From: a virus
DNA length: 64,000 nt
IMG/VR virus record: IMGVR_UViG_3300045988_165036
Coordinates: 1 to 64,000 of that record
Strand: one strand, 5' to 3'
Shown here: positions 8,523-18,118 of the stretch, in pieces
Layout: each line of letters begins with the position of its first letter
Numbering within the stretch: the first letter of the stretch is position 1
The notes under the pieces: generated by a model
What the model was told of the DNA's origin: nothing
Seen by the model: the letters and a program-made list of their open reading frames with translations, nothing else
The model's database searches: none
Translations under genes and position numbers: made by a program

Positions 8523-10298
8523 ATGAAAAGAGTAAACATTGATAAAGACTGGCTATACGATCAATATATAGTTCAAAACAAAAATATCGAAGATATCGCC
8601 GAAGAACTTGGTACAGGACGAAAACCCATTATGCGTTCTTTAAAAGAGTTTGGAATCAAGAAAAATATTTCTGACATTGTTGAAAAGAGAAAATCTACAA
8701 ACATTCAAAAATATGGTTGCGTTTCTCCGATGCAAAACGAAGAAGTTCGCCAAAGGATTAAACAAACCAATTTAGAACGATACGGGTCTGAAAATCCAAT
8801 GGAGTGCGCTGAAATACGTCAAAAGCTAAAAGAAACAAATATAGAAAAGTATGGTGTTGATACCGTGCTTAGACTAAAAGAGTTTCGAAAAGACGAGAAA
8901 ATTTACGATATATCGAAAGAAGATTTGATTCATTATTATATTGATGAAAATCTAACGATTGATGATGTCGCAAAAATATTCGGATGCTCTAAGGGCATAG
9001 TTGATAAGCGTATTGCCGAGTACGAGATTAAAAAGCCGAGAAAACTGATAGATGATACAATCGAACGAACAAATATGGCAAAATACGGCGTAAAAACAAC
9101 GGCTGTTTTGCCAGAGGTTGTAGAAAAACGTATCGCAACGAACATCAAAAGATATGGGGATAAAAACCCGGCAACTACAGAAGGCGTTAAGGCAAAGATG
9201 AAAAATACTTGTCGTGAGAAATATGGGGTCGAATATTCTTTGGCGAATCCATCTATAAGGGAAAAAGCAAAAGAAACATTGAGACGTAAGTATCATCGCG
9301 AAAATGGAGGACAGGTCCACCTGTCTGAAGAAAGTATTCGAATTATGTCTTCGAGAGAAACACTGCGCGAATTTATGATTGCCAATAATATTCATACAGT
9401 TCGCGAATTGACAATTGCTCTCGGTCGCGGAAGTATGCCAAAGGTTGGAGATTATCTGCACAAGTATGACTCGTGGGACTTGATTAATCCCAAAGAAAGT
9501 TATCAAGAGTTTGAAATCATTTCTTTTGTTAGAGGGCTCGGCGTGTCATGTTATAAAGACAAAAGTGTTTTGAAGCCATACGAAGTTGATTGTTATTGCC
9601 CGGAATATAAGATTGGCATTGAGTTTAATGGAACTTTTTGGCATTCTAATCTTCATAAAGAAAAAGATTATCATATAAAGAAATCCAAACTTGCTGAACA
9701 GAAAGGGATTCGTCTAATTCATATTTATGAAAGTGAATGGGAAGACCCTAGAACAAGACCAATTCTTGAATCAATGTTGAAAATTGCTTTTGGGAAGGTA
9801 GAGACTCGAATTTATGCAAGAAATTGTGAAATTCGTGAAATTACCAACAAAGAAGCAAGACCATTTAATGAAGCCAACCATTTGCAGGGGCACAGAAATG
9901 CGCAAATAACATACGGCCTTTTTTATGAAGACAAGCTCGTGCAGCTTATGAGTTTTTCCAGACATAAAAAATATAGGTGGGAAATTATTCGTGGCTGTCC
10001 AGGGTCAAATAATGTTGTTGTGGGCGGTGTATCAAAACTATTTAAACATTTTGTCAGAGAGAATAACCCAGATCAAGTATTTTCATATGCAGACTTTAAT
10101 AAGTTTGATGGTGAGGGTTATCTTGCTTTGGGCATGAAGTTTATTGGGTATTCTGGACCCGATTTACGATGGGTGATAAATTGGAAAGTTGTTCCTCGTT
10201 GCCCGTCTCGTCACAAAGAATATAAAGAATCAGCAGATGCCATCATATGGGGCGCTGGTTCTAAAAAGTTTTTGTGGACAAAACCAGAAACTAAATAA
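8523..10298 (+). CDS. Free-standing homing-endonuclease-like protein (HTH + KYG repeats + Vsr/PD-(D/E)xK-like core + C-terminal NHLQG domain)
   Basis: ATG 8523 follows GGAGG. Repeats of the form (K/R)YG..NP....(V/I)R.K.K.T occur at least 6 times. The core reads YEVDCYCPEYKIGIEFNGTFWHS...IRLIHIYESEWED. The C-terminal domain has ...ARPFNEANHLQGH...VVGGVSKLFKHF...SYADFNKFDGEGY. The gene is inserted between capsid and head-completion genes. Confidence 0.55.
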   Translation: MKRVNIDKDWLYDQYIVQNKNIEDIAEELGTGRKPIMRSLKEFGIKKNISDIVEKRKSTNIQKYGCVSPMQNEEVRQRIKQTNLERYGSENPMECAEIRQKLKETNIEKYGVDTVLRLKEFRKDEKIYDISKEDLIHYYIDENLTIDDVAKIFGCSKGIVDKRIAEYEIKKPRKLIDDTIERTNMAKYGVKTTAVLPEVVEKRIATNIKRYGDKNPATTEGVKAKMKNTCREKYGVEYSLANPSIREKAKETLRRKYHRENGGQVHLSEESIRIMSSRETLREFMIANNIHTVRELTIALGRGSMPKVGDYLHKYDSWDLINPKESYQEFEIISFVRGLGVSCYKDKSVLKPYEVDCYCPEYKIGIEFNGTFWHSNLHKEKDYHIKKSKLAEQKGIRLIHIYESEWEDPRTRPILESMLKIAFGKVETRIYARNCEIREITNKEARPFNEANHLQGHRNAQITYGLFYEDKLVQLMSFSRHKKYRWEIIRGCPGSNNVVVGGVSKLFKHFVRENNPDQVFSYADFNKFDGEGYLALGMKFIGYSGPDLRWVINWKVVPRCPSRHKEYKESADAIIWGAGSKKFLWTKPETK

Positions 10299-10364
10299 AA
10301 AAACGACCAATTTTATGGTAGTTTTTTATATATTAATTTTGTTTTAAAAGGAGTTATAAAAGAT

Positions 10365-11084
10365 ATGGCAAATGTTAAGAAAAATGTTGAAACCGAAGAT
10401 GTCATGGCGTCCGATGAGGTTGTCGCCGAACAGAAAACAAAAACCTCGGCGCCGTCCGTTGATCAATCGGATGAGATTGCCGCACTCAAGGCACAAATTG
10501 AGATGCTGACCAAAATGATGGCGGCGGGACTTGGAGCACAAGCTCCCGCCGCCGCACAGTCGAGCTCTCTTCTTGAAGAAGTCAAGGTGGTTCATCTTCG
10601 TGAGTGCCTTCCAGGAACGACAACTCACATTCATTTGAGTAACCGAGATCTTGATTTTGCTTCTTTCGGTGCTACGCTTACGCTTGATCGTCGTCAAGCT
10701 GAAGAGCTTGCCGGAGGAACGACGAAAAAGTTTTTTGATCGAGGGGTTATTGCTTTTGGAGAAGGTAGCGAAGAGCTTGCAAAAATGCTTGGTGTTAAAT
10801 CCATTCGAGATTATGAATTTATGGGATCTGACTTTGTTAAAAGACTTGGAACTATGAATGTATATGAACTTGAAGACATTTATAACAAGCTTTGCGATGG
10901 ACTTCGTGGTTTTATTATTGAATATTTTAAGCGCAAGATTCTCGAAAAAGATCCGGCGTTTAACGACATTCACAAAATTGAGGTTCTCAACAGACTTAGC
11001 GATGGTGCCATGTCTGATGTTATCCTTGACAGACAGCGCGACGCGGCCAATGAGATCGCGAAGAAAAGCGCTGAGAATAAATAA
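10365..11084 (+). CDS. Hypothetical structural-module protein
   Basis: 239-aa ORF with RBS AAGGAG and an Ala/Gln-rich linker. Confidence 0.45.
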   Translation: MANVKKNVETEDVMASDEVVAEQKTKTSAPSVDQSDEIAALKAQIEMLTKMMAAGLGAQAPAAAQSSSLLEEVKVVHLRECLPGTTTHIHLSNRDLDFASFGATLTLDRRQAEELAGGTTKKFFDRGVIAFGEGSEELAKMLGVKSIRDYEFMGSDFVKRLGTMNVYELEDIYNKLCDGLRGFIIEYFKRKILEKDPAFNDIHKIEVLNRLSDGAMSDVILDRQRDAANEIAKKSAENK

Positions 11085-11107
11085 TTAAAGAAAGGGGTCG
11101 TCGTATT

Positions 11108-11806
11108 ATGGCCTTAACTTTTAAATCCATATATGAGAAAGCGATCAACTTGTTTGACGATCCCATCATTCAGCGAGCTTATGTTGAAGATACGGTGCGT
11201 TGGGAAAGACTGATGTACCCGCATCTGGAAAACGGGATTAACCAATTTTCAAACCCAACAAAGATCGCTTATTTGCTCGTTGATCAGAAATTGCCGTCTG
11301 GTCAGGTTGAGATATTTGACGGTAATGGAACTGCTGTTTATAACGTGAGCGCGGACTTCGTCCCCGAAGAGGGGGCGGAGTTTTCGTTCCGTATTGGAAC
11401 GCAGTATGACCCTGCCGCTAAATACGAAAACGGTGTTGTTACTTTTTCTCGCGAAGTTCCTACTGGTTCAAAGTGTGGAGTTGAGTGGTATTCTCCTGGT
11501 CAGTTCAATACCGACTTTAAAGAAGCCGCAAGTTCTACTACGTCGGCGCCCGTTATTGCATATAAAGTGAGAGATATTTTGGCATATTCGCTTGTTCTTG
11601 CGTGGGCGACCAATGAAAAGAACTTTATGTTGGATATCAGGAACATTTTAACAGATACGGACTTCAAAATTTATTCGAATGCGAACAGTGTTCGGGCAAA
11701 GGTTGAGTGGACGAATCAGTTAAAATTTCAACTTGACAGTCTGACAACAAAACTTGCGTGGGATGTGGTCTCTCGTAAATATCACGGAGGTAATTACTAT
11801 GGATGA
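11108..11806 (+). CDS. Hypothetical head-tail joining region protein
   Basis: 232-aa ORF with RBS GAAAGGGG. The call rests on position only. Confidence 0.4.
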   Translation: MALTFKSIYEKAINLFDDPIIQRAYVEDTVRWERLMYPHLENGINQFSNPTKIAYLLVDQKLPSGQVEIFDGNGTAVYNVSADFVPEEGAEFSFRIGTQYDPAAKYENGVVTFSREVPTGSKCGVEWYSPGQFNTDFKEAASSTTSAPVIAYKVRDILAYSLVLAWATNEKNFMLDIRNILTDTDFKIYSNANSVRAKVEWTNQLKFQLDSLTTKLAWDVVSRKYHGGNYYG

Positions 11807-12116
11807 ATTTCCGAAGCTGATTATTTCCGACGATGCAAAAAGAGAATATTTGACAACGCTTATTGGCAAAATGCACAAAATTCTGCATTTATTTGAGGAA
11901 GAAGCCGAAACCGGTTTCTCTCCCCGATTTTTTATCGCTGGACAGTTGTGGGATATGAACTCCGCCAATGAGTTATTTGACGGAAAGCTTATTCCAATTA
12001 TTGTCAAGGTAAAAGGCGTGTATGACGACGCTAAAAATATTGAATATCGCGAAGTAAAGAAACAAATCTTTGAGATTGACAAGATCATTCGATCAATGTT
12101 GCGGTCGTTGAAATGA
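11799..12116 (+). CDS. Hypothetical protein
   Basis: ATG 11799 lies 8 nt after GGAGG and overlaps the upstream stop. Confidence 0.4.
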   Translation: MDEFPKLIISDDAKREYLTTLIGKMHKILHLFEEEAETGFSPRFFIAGQLWDMNSANELFDGKLIPIIVKVKGVYDDAKNIEYREVKKQIFEIDKIIRSMLRSLK

Positions 12117-12126
12117 GGTGACGGGT

Positions 12127-13254
12127 ATGGCAGTTTACGACACAAGTAAAATAAAAGACCCATCATATCTCTTTTCACAAACGCCGCCCAACTTCATTAA
12201 AGAGAACTATTATTTAGATTCTCTTCAAATGAAAGTTGATGCGGACTGGCCTTATCGTCCCAACCGCAAATGGATTGAGGAAGAAAAAGAGGCCGGAACG
12301 GAATTGTACAAACCGCTTGAAGTCGTGATTCAGTCTGTTAAAAACGATAAAGGAGAAACCGTCAGTGATGATTGGTATCGCCTTGTTTTTAAGGATTGCC
12401 GCAGACAAAACAAAGTTGGTTATCGTTACCGCTTTTCGTATGAGTTTGACCCAACCGAGCCGAATTTTCGAAAGAACATTTGGATTGGTTTAAACCAAAC
12501 GACAATGGAGCCGACCTCTTCGCAGGTTGTGTGTCGTTGTAACGGAAATATCGGATCAATTTATACCGACGAAAATGGACAAACCTCGTATCACTACGAG
12601 CCGGTTATTCAGCCGTCGAAGCTGTCTAACCCGATGTTTGACTATTCAGAGGTTGCGATTGACCCGGACGGCTCAATGACTCTTATTGCTCAATACAATA
12701 AATTTACCAAGCAATATTATATCAACCAAAGATTTATTATTGGAACTGATCGCGTTTATAAAGTAAACAATATTATAAAATCCGATTCTCGTACCACGTT
12801 TGATATGGAGGACGTCGGGATTATGCGGATCTATCTTGCGATGGATCAAACCGGCAAACTCGACAACTTCGAAACGAGAATCGCATATAACGGCCACGAA
12901 GATGACCCGAATCCTGAAACCGGAGACTACGGAGAATATACGTTCACCATCGCAGAACCCGGTGCTATTCCCGATACGATTCCTTCGGATGGCCTTATGT
13001 TCGAACCTTGCGTATACAAAAACGGACTGCCTGCTGAAGCCGAAATAACCTGTACGACAACGCTCGAAGGTTATGGCTCCGACATGGTTTCCGTTGAAGA
13101 TTATTGCGAGCTTATCGACAACAAGGACGGAACATTTACTCTGAAACGCAAGATGATTGACAACCAACTTCAAGTTGTTGTTAGTTGTATTGCTGCCGTT
13201 GATGGTCAGCCTGAAATGATGTTGGAGTTTAAAGTTTCGTTGAGGCCATTCTGA
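12127..13254 (+). CDS. Hypothetical structural protein
   Basis: ATG 12127 follows GAGG. The ORF track starts at GTG 12118. 375 aa. Confidence 0.4.
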   Translation: MAVYDTSKIKDPSYLFSQTPPNFIKENYYLDSLQMKVDADWPYRPNRKWIEEEKEAGTELYKPLEVVIQSVKNDKGETVSDDWYRLVFKDCRRQNKVGYRYRFSYEFDPTEPNFRKNIWIGLNQTTMEPTSSQVVCRCNGNIGSIYTDENGQTSYHYEPVIQPSKLSNPMFDYSEVAIDPDGSMTLIAQYNKFTKQYYINQRFIIGTDRVYKVNNIIKSDSRTTFDMEDVGIMRIYLAMDQTGKLDNFETRIAYNGHEDDPNPETGDYGEYTFTIAEPGAIPDTIPSDGLMFEPCVYKNGLPAEAEITCTTTLEGYGSDMVSVEDYCELIDNKDGTFTLKRKMIDNQLQVVVSCIAAVDGQPEMMLEFKVSLRPF

Positions 13255-13257
13255 TAA

Positions 13258-13944
13258 GTGGGGGATAAAAAGGTGTTTAATCAATTTTCTGTGGACGGAA
13301 ATGCATATAATCGGTTTGTCAATTTAGACAATATCGAATATCGTATTGCTGATTTTTTGGCTAAAAGCGATAATAAATATGCGGATTATTTATTTAAAAT
13401 TTTGAAATGGGACACGATGGATGCGCTTATGCGTCCGTCGTTGACTTACCAAGAGCGGATGAAACTGCTCTATTCAAACAATGGCGATGCGGCAGGTGAC
13501 AGAATCTTTTTGTCTCCGTTTATTGACGACTCCTTCGAGGAGCAGTCGTCGCATCTGCACATATATATTCATTCTGTCGTACCTAAAGACCATCTTGTCT
13601 CTACTGTAAACATTGGAATTGAAACAATCGTCCATAACAAAATTTCCAACATTCAAGGCGACGCTGCTATGTATAACCCAGACACGAACCCATCCGAGAT
13701 GGGGAATAACGGACAGCCGGAAATCATTCTTAAAAATCGTGCATCGGTTATGTTGAAATGCGTAATGGCGGCTCTTAACGGGTCGTTTGTTGCGGGAGTC
13801 GGAACTCTTCAGTTTAATACTAAAATGAGTTCATATGACGGCGCAAAGCTGTCGCTGTGGAATGGAAAGAAATTTTTTGGTTATTCGATTGTTATGTCAA
13901 CATTTATTAGCGGTGTTTCCCAAACGCCGGAGTGTGGTTTCTAA
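13258..13944 (+). CDS. Hypothetical protein
   Basis: GTG start. An alternative GTG at 13273 lies after GGGGGA, so the start is uncertain. Confidence 0.35.
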   Translation: MGDKKVFNQFSVDGNAYNRFVNLDNIEYRIADFLAKSDNKYADYLFKILKWDTMDALMRPSLTYQERMKLLYSNNGDAAGDRIFLSPFIDDSFEEQSSHLHIYIHSVVPKDHLVSTVNIGIETIVHNKISNIQGDAAMYNPDTNPSEMGNNGQPEIILKNRASVMLKCVMAALNGSFVAGVGTLQFNTKMSSYDGAKLSLWNGKKFFGYSIVMSTFISGVSQTPECGF

Positions 13945-14873
13945 TGGCACAGATGCCAGAATCCGAGAAGAAAATTCTCGAAGAAGTTGAGTATTTAAGA
14001 GACAAGTATTTCACATACGACGAGCCCGTTCCTTTCTGCGGGCTTTATTTATATCCAGTAAGTGTCCGAAATTATAACGAATTTATGACTTCTAACGCTT
14101 GTTTGCTTTTGAATAAAAACGACGATCCGATGGGTATTAAGTTTACTCATTTGGACTATCTTTTGTCAAAAATTTCAGACGAAAAAGAGGGCGTTTTGTG
14201 GTCTATGCGGTTTTCTAAAATTATTGAGCTTTGTTTTCATATTTTGCCCGGGATGAAGTGTTCAAAATGCGGAAAGTATATTTCGTATGATCAATTCTTT
14301 ACCGAAGAAAGAGTTAAACTCTATCAAGAGGGAACTGACGAAGATAGAAAAAAGTTCTTTGATTGTGACTGCGGAGAAGGCAAAATGGTTGCCTCTTTGG
14401 ATCAGAAGAAAGACGAAAAAAGTAATAAAACGGTTCTTTTAATTGATGGGCACGAAATCGACTCGAATAACTTCAATAAACTCCGCAAATTTATTCTTTA
14501 TCAAAATCTTCCAGATTTTAAGGATGATTCGTGGGTGGATAAGGCGATTCGAGACGATCAAGCCGCAAAAAACGAGATTATGTCTCGTGACAGCGGAAGT
14601 GCAACGATTGAAAGAAAAATTCTTTGTATTTGTGCGGCAACATCGTATAGGTTGAAAGATGTTTATGAAATGTCAATTCGTCAATTCGTTTCTTTGCTTG
14701 GCGTAATCAACGATCTTATCGAATATAAGATTACGAAAGCCGGATTGATGTCCGGGATGGTTTCTTTGAAAAAAGGACAGACGATTGACCACTGGATTTA
14801 TAAGAAAGAAAAGGGTATGTACGGCTCTGCTGTTGATGCCGATGCGCTTACGCAGAAAATTAACAGCTTATAA
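13944..14873 (+). CDS. Hypothetical protein with Cys4 zinc-ribbon-like motif
   Basis: ATG 13944 follows GGAG. Motif CSKCGK...CDCGEGK. Followed by a terminator. Confidence 0.4.
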   Translation: MAQMPESEKKILEEVEYLRDKYFTYDEPVPFCGLYLYPVSVRNYNEFMTSNACLLLNKNDDPMGIKFTHLDYLLSKISDEKEGVLWSMRFSKIIELCFHILPGMKCSKCGKYISYDQFFTEERVKLYQEGTDEDRKKFFDCDCGEGKMVASLDQKKDEKSNKTVLLIDGHEIDSNNFNKLRKFILYQNLPDFKDDSWVDKAIRDDQAAKNEIMSRDSGSATIERKILCICAATSYRLKDVYEMSIRQFVSLLGVINDLIEYKITKAGLMSGMVSLKKGQTIDHWIYKKEKGMYGSAVDADALTQKINSL

Positions 14874-14885
14874 TTTATGAAAAAT

Positions 14886-14916
14886 TGACTCCGTTTAATT
14901 TAATGGAGTTGTTTTT
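14886..14916 (+). terminator. Rho-independent terminator
   Basis: Stem TGACTCC/GGAGTTG followed by TTTTT. Confidence 0.6.
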
Positions 14917-14957
14917 GTAGATAAAACAAATTCAATATTTAAAGGAGATTATTAACT

Positions 14958-16028
14958 ATGGCAAGAAAGTTTTTCTTGGCTTCCGTTGGTAACGCTGAGG
15001 CGTATGCTACTCGCAATGGTGAGTTTGCACACGTTCTTTCTGCTCGTACTCTTACGGAGTCAACTCTTGGATTTACCTCTTCTATGGAGGAAGTTCGTGC
15101 CGGTCAGGGTGCTAAACTGTACGGTCGTTTCAACCACTCTGCCGGTATGACCGTTTCTCTGACCGACGCTATGTTTGATATGAACTATATTGCTCTTCAG
15201 ACTGGTTCTCAGATTCAGACTGGCGCGTCTGCAATTTATGCAAAAGATTCTTACACTGCCGTAGCAGGTGCTACAAAGACTATCGTTCTGACGAAAGAGC
15301 CTGTTGCTATCGGAACTTCCTGCGGCCTTGATAAGAAGGTCGTTTGGTTCCGCGCTTCTGGTTGCAATCCTACTCAGGAAGATATTTCTGTCGTGATCGA
15401 CGGAACTGATAATAAATATGAGGGCGGCAATCTGACTGTTGGGGCAACTGACGCAACGAAGTTCGTCGAAGGTGTTACCTATTGCATTTCTTATTTCGCA
15501 ATGGATAATCTGGCTGATTTGATTAAGATTTCTGCTAACTTCATTCCTGCGGAGATGGTTCTTGTTCTTACCGCTAAGCTGTTCGAAGGAGATGCAAATG
15601 CTCCTGAGACCGGTAAGCCTGCCGGAGAAATTACAATTAAGGTTCCGAGATTCCAGCTTGATGGTCAGTTCGATCTGAGTATGGCAATGACTTCTGCTGC
15701 TACGATTGCTCTGAACGGCACGGCTCTGGCTGTTGATGCTGGTGGATGCGAAGATGATGGTATCTATGCAGAAATTGTTCAGGTTCTCGAAGGCTCTACT
15801 TACTCTTCTAAGGGTATTCGTATGATTGCTGTTGATCCTGAGTCTGCTGTTACGGGATCTGTTCCTGTTGTGTACGGTCTGTACAACAACGGTTCTACTG
15901 GCCTTATCCCGAATTCTGATTTGACCTTTGCACCGGCCCTTACTGCTGGTAAGTTTGCTACTGGGCAGACTTATAAGGTAACCCTTACAGAAATTCCGGC
16001 TCTTGAGGATTCTGTTACTATTGCTTAA
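14958..16028 (+). CDS. Major tail (tube) protein candidate
   Basis: 356-aa ORF with its own RBS AAAGGAG, bracketed by terminators. Ala/Thr/Gly-rich. No search was run. Confidence 0.4.
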   Translation: MARKFFLASVGNAEAYATRNGEFAHVLSARTLTESTLGFTSSMEEVRAGQGAKLYGRFNHSAGMTVSLTDAMFDMNYIALQTGSQIQTGASAIYAKDSYTAVAGATKTIVLTKEPVAIGTSCGLDKKVVWFRASGCNPTQEDISVVIDGTDNKYEGGNLTVGATDATKFVEGVTYCISYFAMDNLADLIKISANFIPAEMVLVLTAKLFEGDANAPETGKPAGEITIKVPRFQLDGQFDLSMAMTSAATIALNGTALAVDAGGCEDDGIYAEIVQVLEGSTYSSKGIRMIAVDPESAVTGSVPVVYGLYNNGSTGLIPNSDLTFAPALTAGKFATGQTYKVTLTEIPALEDSVTIA

Positions 16029-16058
16029 CTAAAACTTTAAAAACATAAATGTTTTCTT

Positions 16059-16090
16059 GAGATGGGACCCACAAAGTCCCATCTCTTTTT
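16059..16090 (+). terminator. Rho-independent terminator
   Basis: Stem GAGATGGGAC/GTCCCATCTC (10 bp) followed by TTTTT. Confidence 0.8.
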
Positions 16091-16095
16091 AACAT

Positions 16096-16503
16096 TTGAA
16101 AAAAGTGAATAAAAGAAAAATTTTATTAGTAAAAACACCAAATTTTGAAAAAACAGGATGGATATTGGATATGGATATTTTGAACAATTTTTACGCAATT
16201 AAAGATGCTTCTGTGCCTACAACTAGTAAAGAAACTTGGAATAAGCGCGGAGATACTTTGACCGTTCAGCTCGAGGGCAATTTTGTCGGGGCTGAGGTTA
16301 ATGTTCTCGGGTGTTCAGACTTGGAGATCGAGGAATTCCATCCGATTACGGGATTTGACTCCTCTTTCAATCTTACGGACACAATGAAAATTGCCGGATT
16401 TTACACTTTCCCAATCGAAGGGATGGGCAAATTTAAGATTGACATAGTTACCATCAATGGCGGAACAATGTCTGTGTTCTGCAGAGTAACGACAGGAGGT
16501 TGA
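16096..16503 (+). CDS. Hypothetical protein
   Basis: ORF-track ORF with a non-ATG start and weak RBS, so the start is uncertain. Confidence 0.3.
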   Translation: MKKVNKRKILLVKTPNFEKTGWILDMDILNNFYAIKDASVPTTSKETWNKRGDTLTVQLEGNFVGAEVNVLGCSDLEIEEFHPITGFDSSFNLTDTMKIAGFYTFPIEGMGKFKIDIVTINGGTMSVFCRVTTGG

Positions 16504-16507
16504 TTTT

Positions 16508-18106
16508 ATGGCTGTAGATAATATTGCGCGTGCGTTAGCCGCAAAAGCGATGGCAGGTGGTGGTGCCGGGTCTGTTACTCCAGAAGACCTCGAAAAAAAA
16601 TATGACAAAACAGGTGGAGCAATCAGCGGAGATGTTTCGATTCAGGGCGATCTGACTGTTTCCGGCACAACAACCACCGAAAAAGAAAAGCAGTTGCTTG
16701 TAGAAGAAAATGTAATTGCAACCAACGCCAATAAAGTTGACTTAATGACGTTGCTTTCCGGTCTTGCAATCAACAAGAATGCGAGCGCAACGTATGGAAT
16801 AATGTATGACCCGTCTGACGACACCGTTAAATTTGGAGAAGGTGTGCTTGACGAAAATCGCAAATTCATGTTTAAAGACGGAGAGGGTTTGCCTCTGTCG
16901 GTTCGGGCCGATGATTCTGACTTCGTTGAAGCACACCTCGTAAGGTGGGATTCGACTTCGAAAAGTTTTGTAGACGCAGGCGTCGGCGTTGAGGGATTAG
17001 TTGGTCCGCAAGGTCCCACTGGCCCCAAGGGTGATGCCGGCCCTGCTGGAGCAATTGGTCCCACTGGCGCAAAGGGTGCGGACGGCAAGGACGGCGCAGA
17101 CGCGGAGGTGTTCTATATCGACTTTGCGGGGGAATTCCCCAACTACACCTGTCCGGTGCCGCTGGCCGACATTAAGACGGCATATGGGGCGGGGAAGGTG
17201 CTGGAATGCCGGTGTCTGGTGGACAGTTACACAGCGACACTGCCGTTATCCATTCCGATGCCGGATGCCGACCTATGGGTATTCTCCGGCTCCGGCGAGT
17301 TGAAGGTGCTAGACTTTTATGCACAGGCTCTTACGATCGCGATTATCGGAGACGAGGTGCTGGCCGACAACACGATGCTGGCGACGCTGGAAAGCAAACT
17401 ACCGAATCCCGAGTCCCTGACTATCATCAGCGGTAGCAACAGCATCACCTACGACGGCAGCACGGGGGAGATCATCGACATTCCTGCTGGTCCCACTGGA
17501 CCCAAAGGCGATGCTGGCCCTGCTGGCGATGCCGGCCTTACAACTGAGGTTACGGTCAATGGAACGACATACACACAATCCGAGGGAAACATTACACTTC
17601 CCGATTATGCTAAAATCGGAACGGCGACGACTAATCAAGTTTTGTCTAAAATCGAATATACGACAGAGGTTGCAATTCCAACGGCTCCGGAAACTGGCGT
17701 TGAATATGCAATAACAGACCTAATTTCTTATGGAGACCTTGATTCTGGGCTTCAAGAACGAATTGACCGTATGATTCCTGCCGCTCCTGCTTGGAGAACT
17801 ACGGCTCCTACAACCGAGTCCGATAGAAAGAAGGTTCAATTCACAAGAGTTACAATCAACACAACCGACGACACAAACTTTCCTGGGATGAATGGGAAGT
17901 ATGCTGTCGTCCCTGGGTTTACAAACGATGGATTCCGCTACGGAACAGTTGTTTGTTCACAAGCGGACCCGGCATATGAGTTTCCTTTTATTGGGTCGAT
18001 TACTTCCAAAATGGCAAGTGGAACCGTTATTAAGCCGAGTGTCGCCCCAACTTATGTTAGCGTTGTTGATCCTGCCGTTACATTTACTTATGAATATCTT
18101 TGGTAA
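16508..18106 (+). CDS. Collagen-like repeat tail fibre protein
   Basis: G-X-Y tracts GPQGPTGPKGDAGPAGAIGPTGAKGADGKDG (about 17003-17100) and GPTGPKGDAGPAGDAG (about 17488-17535). RBS GGAGG. Confidence 0.6.
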   Translation: MAVDNIARALAAKAMAGGGAGSVTPEDLEKKYDKTGGAISGDVSIQGDLTVSGTTTTEKEKQLLVEENVIATNANKVDLMTLLSGLAINKNASATYGIMYDPSDDTVKFGEGVLDENRKFMFKDGEGLPLSVRADDSDFVEAHLVRWDSTSKSFVDAGVGVEGLVGPQGPTGPKGDAGPAGAIGPTGAKGADGKDGADAEVFYIDFAGEFPNYTCPVPLADIKTAYGAGKVLECRCLVDSYTATLPLSIPMPDADLWVFSGSGELKVLDFYAQALTIAIIGDEVLADNTMLATLESKLPNPESLTIISGSNSITYDGSTGEIIDIPAGPTGPKGDAGPAGDAGLTTEVTVNGTTYTQSEGNITLPDYAKIGTATTNQVLSKIEYTTEVAIPTAPETGVEYAITDLISYGDLDSGLQERIDRMIPAAPAWRTTAPTTESDRKKVQFTRVTINTTDDTNFPGMNGKYAVVPGFTNDGFRYGTVVCSQADPAYEFPFIGSITSKMASGTVIKPSVAPTYVSVVDPAVTFTYEYLW

Positions 18107-18118
18107 TGGAGGTGTGAA

